The notes under the pieces were generated by a model. That model worked only from the letters and a program-made list of their open reading frames with translations, searched no databases and was not told the DNA's origin. From Octopus vulgaris (lineage: Eukaryota): a stretch of DNA of 64,000 nt. Positions 51,780-64,000 of this stretch are shown here, one piece after another. The translations under genes and the position numbers were made by a program. The first letter of the stretch is position 1; every line of letters starts with the position of its first letter. Location: positions 71,424,001 through 71,488,000 of the forward strand of contig OX597832.1 of assembly GCA_951406725.2 (NCBI GenBank). Reading direction: 5' to 3'.

Positions 51780-53885
51780 AGTGCCGATGTTGACAAAGCC
51801 CTTACCCATCAATGGTTAGTGTCTTCTGGCTTAAAATCAGAAACAAGAAGGGTTTATCATACGAGGGACGTTCAATAAGTAATGCCCCTGACCCACTTGC
51901 AGTTGTTTGATCTAGATGAAATTTTGCATGTGCAATTATTTATATCTCTATAGATTAAGTAGCAAATTACAGCTCTGAATTAATTGTGGTTTCTGATTTA
52001 CAGGTATTTGAACTGAGTCAAGTGTGAAATGGAGCCTGTTGAGTGTCAAGCAGTGATCTGGTTTTTGTATTTGAAAGGACGCACACCACAGGAGACTTTT
52101 GATGAAATGAAAGTAACTTATGGTGATGATGCCCCATCATATGACCTTGTAAAACGCTGGCATCGGGAATTCAAACATGGTCGGAACTCTGTGGAAACAG
52201 CTCCCAAATCTGGTCGCCCCCCTTCTGCCACTGATGAGGCATCTGTCCGTCAAGTTGAGGCTGCCATTTTGGAAGATCGACGCATAACTATTCGCCAAAT
52301 AGCCCATGAGGTCAAGATTAGTACTGGGTCTGTGGAAACTATCATTCATGACCATTTGCATATGCAAAAGGTGTCTGCCAGATAGATTCCCAGGTTGCTC
52401 ACACCTTTCCAGAAGCAAGAACGCGTTGAGTGTTCGAGGACGAATTTGGAGATGTGCCAAGAAGATGAGTCAATTTTTTCTAAAGACTGATTACACAGGA
52501 TGAAACCTGGGTCCATCACTATGATCCAGAGATCAAAGCCCAGTCAATGCAGTGGAAGCACCGTGACTCACCTCCTCCAAAGAAGGCAAGGGTACAGCCC
52601 TCCGCTGGTAAGGTCATGCTCACAGTCTTCTGAGACCAGGACGGAGTAGTGATGACAGATTTCCTATTATGCGTCACTTTTGAGGAAATTAAGAGAAGCT
52701 ATCAAAATCAAGAGGCGGGGCAAGATCAGCAAAGGCATCCTCCTCCTGCAGGACAACGCTCCGGTCCACAACTCGCGTGTCGCCAGATCAGAAGCACAGG
52801 TGTGTGGCTATGAACTCCTCCCCCATCCCCCCTACTCTCCTGACCTTGCACTCTCTGATTTTCACCTCTTCCCAGCCATGAGGTTGGTTTTGAAAGGAAA
52901 GCGTTTCCCAGATGATGCAGCCTTGATTTCTGAAGTCACGTCATGGTTGGAGGACCGAGCTGGGGTCTTCTACAAAAACGGTCTCCAGAGCTGCATCAAA
53001 CGATGGGAGAAATGCGTAACTCTGGGTGGTTCCTATGTAGAAAAAGACTAATAACTGTGCCAAGTTTCGTTGCTCTACTGCTATGGGAACCCAAGATCAA
53101 TGCCTACCTACAAGGAACTACCAGGCCAACATATTAAAAAACAGCAGTAGCCCAACATGTCATGTATGTAAACAACAAAATGAAACCATTGATTATGTTG
53201 TCTCCATGTGCAGTCTTCTTGCACCCACAAAGTATCTGAACAGGCATGATAGCGCAGCATAGTATATTCAATAGACCTGCCCCATGATAAAAACTGGTGG
53301 GAACACAAACCACCTCCAGTTTTTGAAAATGATCACATCTCACTCCTCTGGAACTTCTCCATTCAAAGTGACAGAAAGATAGATGTGAATAGGCCAGACA
53401 TTATATTGAAAGACTTCTGTTAAAAATCATGCCTCCTCAATTGACATAAATGTATCTGTCAAGACCTACCAAAAACTGAGCAAGTATAAAGATCTTGAAA
53501 TAGAAATTGGCAAAATGTGGAACCTCAAGAGTAAAACAATACCTGTTGTCATAGGTGCCCTCGGAATTAAAGAAAAAGGGGTTTATTCCTACCTAGCTCA
53601 GATATCAGGAAACCCCAAAACAGCAGAAATTCAAAAGATAGTGCTCATGGGAATTGCTCATATCCTACGTAAAATACTGTCTATGTAATCTCAAATTTTA
53701 AAACAAACTTAAAATTTTTTAATATTCTCTTCAACATTCTCTAGAATAATACTATGTACAAAACCTAGGCATAACATGACACCCTAGGCATAACACCTAC
53801 ATGAACTTCCAACTTGTTGTCTCTTGAGGTCTCTGGGTGAGACTTGGAGTCAACTTGTACAAATACAAAGCAAAAGTCAAGCATA
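51780..53885 (+). mobile_element. Dong/R4 3' fragment interrupted by a mariner
   Basis: HQWL.SSGLKSE..GFII | QDQCLPTRNY.. RPDII..KYKDLEIEI.KMW; (TAA)n flanks. Confidence 0.8.
51862..53088 (+). mobile_element. Mariner (DD34D), right TIR missing; transposase pseudogene 52029-53051
   Basis: TA-CGAGGGACGTTCAATAAGT start; GRP, ITQDETWVHHYDPE, QDNAPVH, HPPYSPDLALSDFHLF, KRWEKCV..G.YVEK. Confidence 0.92.
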
Positions 53886-53917
53886 TAATAATAATGATAA
53901 TAATAATAATAATAATT

Positions 53918-55266
53918 TCCTTAGCAGTACCAGTTGTTCTTTATAGCTTCAATGTGCTTAACTGGAATACCAGTGGAATAATGAAAATTGACAGAAAAAT
54001 CCGCAAGCTACTGACTTGTAATAAGATGCACCATCCAAAGGCAGACGTGGATCGCCTTTACCTTCCCAGAGCTCAGGGAAGTTGAGGTTTGATCCAGCTT
54101 GAACTTACTTACAAAACTACCACAAATACCTTGAAGCAATCAATGACTGGATGCTAAAACTTGTTGAAAAATACGAAACATCGAAAAAACTTCACTCTAT
54201 TCTCAAACAGAGCAAAAAATTCACTGCTGATTGATCAGGGTGAAGGGAATACGCCAACTGCAACTGCAAAGAAAAGAAAATTAATTGCAAAGACAAAAGC
54301 ACATGAAAATTTAGCTAGCAGATGGGAACAGAAACCTCTTCATGACAAGTATGTGGCCTGTAGCAAACAAGCTGATGTCGACCAGAAACACATGCACCAA
54401 TGGTTACGAAGCTCAGGGCTAAAAGCAGAGAGTGAAGGTTTCATATTAGCTGCTCAAGACCAAAGCTTATTAACCCGGAACTACCAAGCCAATGTGATAA
54501 AAAATGGAGCTGACCCAAAATGCCGATTCTGTAACGATGAGATTGAAACAATAGACCGCCTAATCTCAGGGTGTAGAGTCTTAGTACCTGCAGAATATAA
54601 AGCAAGACATGACAGAGTCGGCCAGTATTTAAATTGGACAATATGTCGGTATTATAAAATCAAAGCCGCTGACAAATGGTATAAACACTATCCTGAAGCT
54701 GTGACTGAGGGAGAAAATGTGTCGATTCTATGGGACATCCCCGTACAGACCGACAAAACTATAAAAGCTAATAAACCGGATATTATTATAAAAGATCAGA
54801 CAAAAAAGAGGTGAGTATCCCTTGCGATCACAATATAGCGGTGAAAGAATTTGACAAGATTAGTAAATATAAAGACTTGCTAATAGAAATTGAAAAGATG
54901 TGGCATCTCAAGGCGACTTCAGTACCAGTGATTGTAGGATCTCTAGGAATGATAAAAAAATGGTACTGAAACCTATTTGAAAATGATTCCAGGCTTACCA
55001 TCCCTACAGGAAGTGCAAAAAATCGTATTAACTGGAACGGCTCATGTACTGAGAAGAGCATTATCACTGTGAAAACAACATCCATCCATGAATTTATTTA
55101 TTTATTTATTAATTTTTAAATACATATTTTATCTGTGAATTTGCGTGTGTAATCTGGGAATGCATACAATGAGCTTCTCTGCCCTAGGTGTGTGAAAAAC
55201 ACTCGGCGAGAAACGGAAGAAAACTTGAAGAAAGAAGGAAAAAACATAATAATAATGATGATGATG

Positions 55267-55328
<62 letters not shown>
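53918..55328 (+). mobile_element. Dong/R4 LINE 3' part with (TAA)n tail
   Basis: HHPKADVDRLYLPR, GLKAESEGFILAAQDQSL.TRNY, CRFC, RHD, KPDII. Confidence 0.88.
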
Positions 55329-55329
55329 C

Positions 55330-56490
55330 AGCTACACTGAGTGCATATCACAGTTCCAGCAAAATCAGTTATTCTCTAATTACCAGGAGAAATACAGATG
55401 ATAATACACCTCCTGAAGCAGAAGAAACCCACCAATTTTGGGATAACATCTAGGAGCAAGAAGTTTCCCACAAACACAGTGCTGACTGGATTCATTCTAT
55501 GAGCCCCAAACTCCATCACCTGGGGGCTCCACGATAAGCCCATGTGTGCATAAAGACCATGTCATTGCACAGGTATCAAAACTGCCAAACTGGAAAGCAG
55601 CAGGGTCACACAGAATTCAAGGTTACTGGCTCAAGTGGTTTAGGTCAACACACAAGAGAATTGCATTGCAATTAAACAATTGCCTACAGAGTAGTGCAGT
55701 TCTGGAGAGGATAGTAGAGGGGAAAACAACATTGATAATGAAAGATGGTCAAAGGGCAATAAGGTGGGCAATTACCAACCCACTGTTCATCTTAACCTCC
55801 AATGGAAAGTATTAACAGGTATCATTAAAGAGAAAACAAAAAGGATGCTGAAAAGGATCTAAGGACACCAAGGACCACCTTCTGATAGACAACGTTATAA
55901 TGAAGAACTGTAAATGGTACCAAAAAACTTATGCATGGCGTAGGTAGACTTCAAAAAGGCTTACAGCATGTTGCTGCATTTGTGGATTTTGGAAACACTT
56001 GACACATGTGGAATAGCTGAGAATGTGTGTGCACTGATTAAGAACAGCATGCCTAGTTGGAAAACACATCTTTCCTGTAATAACCAGCACTTAGCTGAGG
56101 TAACAAGCAAAAGAGGTATCTTCCAAGGAGGCTTTTGTTCACTTATGTTATTTCTTACTCCTCTCTGTACTCCTACACAAAGTCAACATGCACTATGAGC
56201 CAAAAAAGAAGGGGCTTCATCTCAACCACCTTCTCTTCATGGATGATTTAAAATTGTTCGAAAAAACAGAGCCTGAAATGGAGAGGCTAGTTGACACTGT
56301 GCAAATGTGCAGCAAGGATATAGGGATGGAATTTGGTATCTCGAAGTGTGCGGTGCTTACTTTGAGGTGGAGGGAAAAGAGTAACTTGTAGGGGCATAGA
56401 ATTGATCTTTGATAGATTATTGCCAGGAAAAAATACACATAAAGGAAAGGCAAAAAATACATTTGAAGGAAATACAAAAAATATCATAAA
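55330..56490 (+). mobile_element. Dong/R4 RT fragment, degenerate
   Basis: NWKAAG...IQGYWLK, DFKKAY, RGIFQG, NHLLFMDDLKL, DIGMEFG..KC. Confidence 0.82.
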
Positions 56491-56494
56491 ACCT

Positions 56495-57268
56495 TTCAAA
56501 GTAATTTTTTCTAAGTTACTTTTAAAAATTACAAAAATGTTATAGAAGGTCGGGAGGTTGGCTGTGTAATCAAAAGATTAGGTAACATGATGTATTTAAT
56601 TAAAGGACAACATTCAGAACATAACAAACACCTTAGCCAGTTAAAGGTGAGACATACAGAAGAACAAAGGGTAATACCAATGGAAGTCTTCTATGATGTG
56701 TTTGAAGTACCAGCAGTGAGAGATATTGAACCCCATATAACTAGCTTCAGAAAACGAAAACAGGCTCGATATCTGGAAGTAATACCTAAACGAAAAAAGT
56801 ATTAAATTTTCAAAAAAGAAAAAGAGTGCTAACAAAGAGTGCTTTGTACAGTGAAAAGATTAAAAGTGCTATGTGCAAGGAACAATATTACCTTAAAAGT
56901 CGGGCAACAACTAAGATACAACAGCTAAAAAAAAAAAAAAGAGGGGGAGAGGTGCTGGAAAGAAAAAAGAAAAATAAAAGAAATTTCACTTTCTGACAGT
57001 AGTTGAAATCTCAAAAGAGATGTGATGAAAGATAAGTAAAATATAAATGGTCCAAGTAAAGTATAAATAGTAACAATCCGAGTGAGTTAAAAGGTTCAGA
57101 GTTTGGAGTCGAGTGAAGTTCATGTTAGTTCACAGTGAAACCAAAAGTTGCTTAGTTCACAAGGAATACTGATATGTTGATTTGTAAAGAAATTTTTTTA
57201 GTTTGTTACATTGTTTTAACTGTTGTCTAGTTATCTTATTTATTGTGTGTAACAATTATGTTACAACA
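56495..57268 (+). mobile_element. Gypsy-like LTR retrotransposon 3' end (integrase tail, PPT, LTR 56953-57268)
   Basis: G.VIKRLGNMMYLIKG....KHLSQLK.R; purine tract AAAAGAGGGGGAGAGG then TG...ACAACA. Confidence 0.65.
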
Positions 57269-58689
57269 CTTATATAAATTCTTATATTTCATTTCCTTTT
57301 TTTTTTTTACAGTGACTCTTCAAGTTGGATATCATAAAGTAGCACAGACCCAAAGCCAGATATTAAGGTTAATTGTTATTTTCTATTTATAAAGTACAAT
57401 ATTGTTTTGAATTCTTTGAAATATCAATAAATTTAATATCATATACTTCCTATCTAATTTATTAGCATACATTCTTTCTACTTTTAACTTGCATACTGTT
57501 TGTGTATGAAGGTTATATACTGTAATGTATATGTAATGTGTATGTATATGCAAGTATATATAAGCTTAGTTTTATCACTTTCTTTGCTTTTTGATTTCTT
57601 AAGCCAACCTTTTACAATGTTTTAATGGGAGTTTGAATCTTATGCCCACTCTGTTATTATTGATATTAATCAAACTAGTCATCTAGCACCACCACCCCTA
57701 CTGTGTTTAGGTCTGAACTTTTGCATGCATAAACTTTGTTGTTAACTTGATCAACAAGAACAACCAACAATAAAAGCAACACTGCAAAAGATTTTTATCT
57801 ATACTTCAAACAACCTATCCCCACCCCCAAATTTGTAAATACGAATGAATACACACCTGGTTTTCCTTAGGGTATGCATTAATTTCTAACTACAAACTGC
57901 AGCACTAAATGTTATTCTAAGTCAATTAACAATTAGTGCATAATGAAGATATTGCTATAGTGGTCACAGTGAAAACAGTGTTACTGAGTGCATAGAAAAA
58001 TGGACTCTTAATTACAATATACACTAGAAGTTCAAATTTAACATAGGCATGGCATTTTTCTTTTGGCTTCAGTTATATTTTAACTCATTTGAAATCTAAG
58101 CGACACCTGATCTCGAAATACATGTATGTGCATATGTACACTGGCCATTGGTAAAATTTCTGTGTTCTTGCTTTACTTACATCCCTCTCTTCAATGATAG
58201 TATACTGGCCATTGCTAAAATTTGTATGCATCTTGTTTTACTTATGTCTTGCTGTTTCCATGTCTCTCTCCCCAATAATAGTAAACTGACCATTGCTTGT
58301 CCACAATGTGCCCGGCCATTCTCACTCCCACCACCTATACCAGAAACACCTACAGGACTCTGCCTCACTTCTGTACCAGAAGACTTGCAAGCCTTCGTCC
58401 CTCCTTCCCTACTGCTAACAATTACCCATACTACTACATGCATCAAAAGGTGATATGTTACTTAGGAAATTATTAGTAAATTAACAAACCACCTACCTCT
58501 TTCTCCCTATATATAATGGACTAACCAATAGCAGACCATTTATATAATTAATAAATTTATACATTGGCCTATTTATATTTGCAGCAGTAATGCTTATATT
58601 TACAATGCTACTCACTACCAACAGGGACAACAATTTTAACATGTTTAAATGGTGGTATGTTAAAACAAGACCAACTGATGTGACATGTC

Positions 58690-60170
58690 TGTTACCAAAC
58701 GATCACTGAAACCGTCTTTTCAGGTGTCTAATACCATCTCTCCTGCCCATGTTCCCTCTTGCATCCCTTACCCAGTTCTCAGGGTTGGCACTGTTAATGT
58801 AGGCACATTAAAAAGTAGGTCTAGTGAGATTGCCGAGCTGCTTGAATGGACGTATGTTAATGTATGCTGCATCCAAGAGGTAAGGTGAAGAGGAGCTTCA
58901 TCCAGGTTCCTCACAAGCAAGACACATAGGTATAAAATCTTTTGGAAAGGTAACAGTGATGGGGTAGGTGGTGTAGCCATACTTCTTGCAGAGAAATAGG
59001 TGGATAAGGTCATAGAGGTAGTCAGAGTGAGTGATAGAGTGCTTAAGCTCAGGTTAGTCTTGCAGAATAGCATAGCATCAATTATCCCTTCTTATGCCCA
59101 ACAAGCAGGCTTACTATATGAACAGAAGGACCATTTTTATGATATTCTCCTGCAGTCTACCTCTAAAATGATGACAAGGATCTCCTTTTTTGGCTGGGGA
59201 CTTCAATGGGCATGTCAGACGGCAGCCTGATATTTTCTATGGTGTACATGCGAACCATGGAATTGGTTCACGAAATGAAGAGGGAACAAGGCTGCTGGAG
59301 TTTTGCGATGCAAATAACCTATTGATCTGCAACACCAACTTCAGGAAGCCGCCCAGCCACCTGATAACCTACCAACCAGGTGGCTACATCAGCCAGATTA
59401 ATTACATTCTCTCCAGGGAGTAGGATGCATGGTTGCTCTTAAATACAAAGACCCTCCTTGGTGAAGAATATATTCCCTAGCAAAGACTAGTCATTAGTGA
59501 ATTTAGACTCCAGGCCAGAAGGATGCCAGAAAGCAGACCAATCTGGAAAAGAAGGATTTGGAATCTTAAAGGCCCTTTATATGGTCAGAGATTTAGGGAT
59601 ATCCTAATTGAGAAATTTGATGAGAGTGAGGAGGAGCTACAAGCTTATGACATAGAGGGCAACTGGGAATTCCAGTGTGACAGCTTGCTGAGTGCCACAA
59701 ACTAAATCTGTGGATGGTGTGAAGTTCCAACCAGACCTAGAGTAATGTAGTGATGGAATGATGTGGTAGACAAGGCCATTAGAATAAAGAAACAGGCTTA
59801 GAAGGACAGGAAGAGAGGCAGTAGTAGGGAACTGTATCAGATAGCCAGGAGGGAAGCTAGGAGACAGGTGTATCTAGCCAAGGGAGAAGCAGAAAAGAAG
59901 TTTGCCTATGTTCAGCAATGCGAGTGAGGACCAAAGAACAGAAGTGTTTCAGATTGCAAGACAGTATGTTAGAGAAAACTGTGATGTCATAGGAGAGAAA
60001 TATGTCCACATGAATGATAGTGCAACTTGCATTTAATGATTCTGCAAAGAAAGAGGCTTGGAAATGAATGTGGAGAATGAATGGGAGGAGGAAAGTCTGC
60101 CAAATCTTGACCCAATTGAGGGACCAAATCAACAGTACCTTGATAGATTAAGGATATGAAGACAGGGAAA
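58690..60170 (+). mobile_element. RTE 5' part (APE endonuclease and linker), degenerate
   Basis: VGTVNVGTL, CIQEVR, GVGGVAIL, YAQQ.G, AGDFNGHV, RNEEG.RLLEFC, NTNFRK. Confidence 0.9.
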
Positions 60171-60631
60171 AACCTCTATGCCTTCCCTGCTACACACCCA
60201 GAAGAGTTTGTACCTCTGTTCCATGCCTGTAATTGAAGTGTCTAGTTGAGACTTCTTTCCATTTCACCTCTTGTATACAGTACACATCTATGTATCTGCA
60301 CTCAAACATTTCAACAATCTCACTTGACTGGTCTTTTGTTGAGCCTTTATTCAACATGGCAACCCTGTGGAAGCAGACTTCAGAAGAGTGGGAAGTATTT
60401 GGGATATTGGTTTAAATTTTTAAGAAGATGCAACACCTGTAATTAGGTAATGAATCTTATGAAAATAGCTATTTATTTCTCAATTACTTACACATTCCTT
60501 CAATCCTGTCAAGGGGGCATCAATGGTGAGTATATGTATGACATGTATGCAGGCATATATACACACATCCCTACATATACCAATGACTAACAATAATCTA
60601 TATATGTACACACATATGCCACCATAGCCAC

Positions 60632-61690
60632 ATCATCATCATCATCATCATCATTTAGCGTCCGTTGTCCATGCTAGCATGGGTTGGACGGTTCAAATGG
60701 GGTCTGTGAAGCTGGAAGGCTTCATCAGGCCCAGTCAGATCTGGCAGTGTTTCTATGGCTGGATGCCCTTCCTAACGCCAACCACTCCGCGAGTGTAGTG
60801 GGTGTTTTTTATGTGCCACCTGCACAGGTGCCAGACAGAGCTGGCGAACGGCCACGAACGGATGGTGCTTTTACGTGTCACCGGCACATATATATATATA
60901 CATATATAAACATATATATATATATATATATATATATACTAGCATTAAAGACCCATCGTTGCCGGGTCATAGTGCTAGTGCTTTTACATGTCAACGGCAC
61001 GGGGGCCAGGCGAGGCTGGCAATGGACATGAATGGATGGTGCTTTTATGTGCCACCAACACGGGGGCCAGACAGAGCTGGCAAACGGCCATGAACGGATG
61101 GTGCTTTTACGTGTCACCTGCATGGGGGCCAAGCGAGGCTGGCAATGGACACGAACGGATGGTGCTTTTACGTGCCACCAACACGGAGGCTAGACGGGGC
61201 GGTGCCGGCAACGACCACGATTGGATGGTTCGCTTAACCACAGCTGCAATTCCCACTGATGTTGATCGACCTCAATTTGGTTCTGCTTTCTGATATATGA
61301 ATTGATTTGGTTTGATTTTGATTTTGACTGTTCTCACTGGTCTTGCTGGGTTTTCTCACGCACAGCATATTTCCAAAGGTCTCGGTCTCTGGTCATTTCC
61401 TTGGTGAGACCTAAAGTTCGAAGGTTGTGCTTCACCACCTCGACCCAGGTTTTCCTGGGTCTACCTCTTCCACAGGTCCCCTCAACTGCCAGGGTGTGGC
61501 ACTTTCGCACACAACTATCTTCAGCCGTTCTCATCACATGACCATACCAGCGCAAACGTCTCTCTTGCACACAACAACTGATGCTTCTTAGGTTCAACTT
61601 TTCTCTCAAGGTACTTACACTCTGTCGATTATGAACACTGACGTTACACATCCATCGGAGCATACTAGCTTCATTTCTTGCAAGCCTATA
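60632..61690 (-). mobile_element. RTE 3' part with repeated UTR units and (GAT)n tail
   Basis: RNEASMLRWMC, RLRWYGHVMR, GRGRPRKTW. Confidence 0.9.
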
Positions 61691-62134
61691 TAAACTTGCA
61701 GACATGCACAAGCACGCATTTCCCACATAGGTGTGTACACATACATGTATATATATTCCTCTCACACATATGCACAACATGTCTAGACATATAGAAAAAT
61801 AGGTGCATTCATTATTGAGAGGGTGGTGAGGGGTGCATAGAGTTAAGCGGCGGATAAAATGACAACTTATCTTATAACTATCCTAATAATACATGGTTTG
61901 TAATCTTTTGACTCTAAATGAAGACTCCTAAAATATTGAAGTATTTATCAAGTAAAATGGTGGCCACTGTAAAACAGTAAAAATTATTTCATACCATTTA
62001 CAAGAACCAACAACTTTACAACACAAACTACCATCATTAGCTAAGGCTGAGGATAAGAGTAAAGCTATTGAAATTACAGATTAAGAAAAAGAATATAAGC
62101 ACTTAACTTTAGAGTTCATTTTATCAATATAAAA

Positions 62135-63925
62135 TGGCCTTTGACAGAGTCCCCCCCCCCCAATCCCTTATCTGGTGGTCATTAAGGAAACTAGAGATAG
62201 ATGAATGGTTAGTGAGAGCCGTGCAAGCCATGTACAGGGACGCTGTCAGTAAGATGAGGGTTGGCTATTTATCATAGTCCTCCAGGCAATAACAAAGGAA
62301 TTCAAGACAGGATGCCCCTGGGAGCTCCTCTATGCTGATGACCTTGCTCTAATTGCTGAGTCACTATCAAAACTAGAGAAGTTTCAGGTGTGGAAACAAG
62401 GATTAGAATCGAAGGGCCTCAGAGTCAACCTAGCTAAAACCAAAGTCCTAATAAGTAGGAAGTCAGGCAAACCACAAATCCCTTCAGGTAGATGGCCCTG
62501 CTCGATCTGTAGTAGAGGCGTAGGTAGAAACTCTATAAGATGTACCCAATGTAAGCTATGGACACATAAGAGGTGCAGTAATGTCAAAAGAAGGTTAACT
62601 GGGAAGATAGTTTTTGTATGTGACAGATGCTCGGGAGCGATAAACACAGAAAATGCGCAGAGACCAACTTCCGCCACATTCCAGCAAGAAAAAATAGATG
62701 TAGTTGATAGCTTCTGTTATCTAGGTGACAAAGTCAGTAGCGAAGGAGGGTGCGCTGAAAGTGTAGCTGATAGAATAAGAATAGCTTGGGCAAAGTTCAG
62801 AGAGCTCTTACCTCTACTGGTGACAAAGGGCCTCTTGCTCAAAGTAAAAGGTAGACTGTATGACGCATGTGTACGAACAGCCATGCTACATGGCAGTGAA
62901 ACATGGGCTGTGACTGATGAGGACATGTGTAAGCTCACAAGGAATGAAGCCAATATGATCCGATGGATGTGTAATGTCAGTGTGCATACTCAACAGAGTG
63001 TAAGTACCTTGAGAGAAATGTTGGACCTAAGAAACATCAGATGTGGTGTGCAAGAGAGACGACTGCGCTGGTATGGTCATGTGGCGAGAATGGTTGAGGA
63101 CAGCTGTGTGAAAAAGTACCACACCCTAGCAGTTGAGAGAACCTGTGGAAGAGGTAGACCCAGGAAGATCTGGGATGAAGTGGTGAAGCACGACCTTCGA
63201 ACTTTAGGCCTCACCAAGGAAATGATTAGTGACCGAGACTTTTGTAAATATGCCGGTGACACATAAAAGCACCATAATCTCATGGCCTATGAAGGGGCTT
63301 ATGCATACCTTTTCCTTCTTTGGACACTAAAACTCAGCTTGCGAAGACCTGTTGAGGCAAGTGAAATCAAAATCAAATTCGATGACTGGTGTCCATGCTA
63401 GTAGGGTGCAAAGAGCACCATACGAGCATGATCAAAGAGCACCATACGAGCAGCTAACCGGCTTCCATGCCAGTGGCACTTAAAAGGCACCATTCGAGTG
63501 TGATCGTTACCAGCGTCACCTTACTGGCACTTGAGCCCCGTGCTAGTAGGGTATTAAGAGCACCATCCGAGCATGATCATTGCCAGAGCAGCTATCTGAC
63601 CTCTGTGCCAGTGGCATGTAAAAGACACCATTCGAGTGTGATCGTTACCAGCATTGCCTTACTGGAACCTGTGCCAGTGGCATGTGTAAAGGATTCGAGT
63701 GAAGTCATTGCCAGTACCGCCTGACTGGCTCCATGCCGGTGGCACGTAAAAGCACCCACTACACTCTCGGAGTGGTTGGCGTTAGGAAGGGCATCCAGCT
63801 GTAGAAACTCTGCCAGATCAAGATTGAGGCCTGGTACAGCCATCTGGTTCACCAACCCTCAGTCAATCGTCCAACCCATGCTAGCATGGAAAACGGACAT
63901 TAAACAATGGTGATGATGATGATGA
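62135..63925 (+). mobile_element. RTE LINE, 5'-truncated (ORF 62388-63266)
   Basis: KAFDRV, YADD, PHD-type finger, YLGD, WYGHV; repeated UTR units; (GAT)n tail. Confidence 0.93.
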
Positions 63926-64000
63926 AAATACACTTTTTATATATATAAATGATGTATGGAAGACTGGAACTGGACAGAATTACATTGATTTGATTGGTAA

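Noticed and set aside
58139-58453. Possible minus-strand exon ending at GTAAGT (58180) and overlapping ORFs
   Set aside because: The donor lies in a degenerate tandem repeat (ACTGGCCATTG units); no recognisable protein or clear acceptor

Overview
AT-rich eukaryotic window made almost entirely of repeats. The SINE tails, (GAT)n-tailed RTE LINEs and dense microsatellites suggest a coleoid cephalopod such as Octopus (inference). No host protein-coding gene can be supported; there is one possible 30-nt microexon. Content includes RTE LINEs (many with a C4HC3 PHD-type finger inside the RT), Dong/R4-type REL LINEs, a Tx1/L1-like LINE, a CR1-like fragment, Penelope-like elements (PLEs), mariners, a Chapaev-3-like relic, a non-autonomous Helitron, a Gypsy 3' end with LTR, and tRNA-derived SINEs. 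The most notable pattern, read by eye, is a set of long inverted repeats, mostly inside (TA)n tracts, together with about nine minimal type I hammerhead ribozyme (HHR) motifs from about six sequence families. This is PLE pseudo-LTR (pLTR) architecture. One such inverted HHR-bearing structure (34502-39342) encloses about 3.8 kb of a Tx1-like LINE, which suggests PLE-mediated carriage of a foreign LINE. Coordinates were read manually and may be off by a few bases; family names are motif-based, with no database search.
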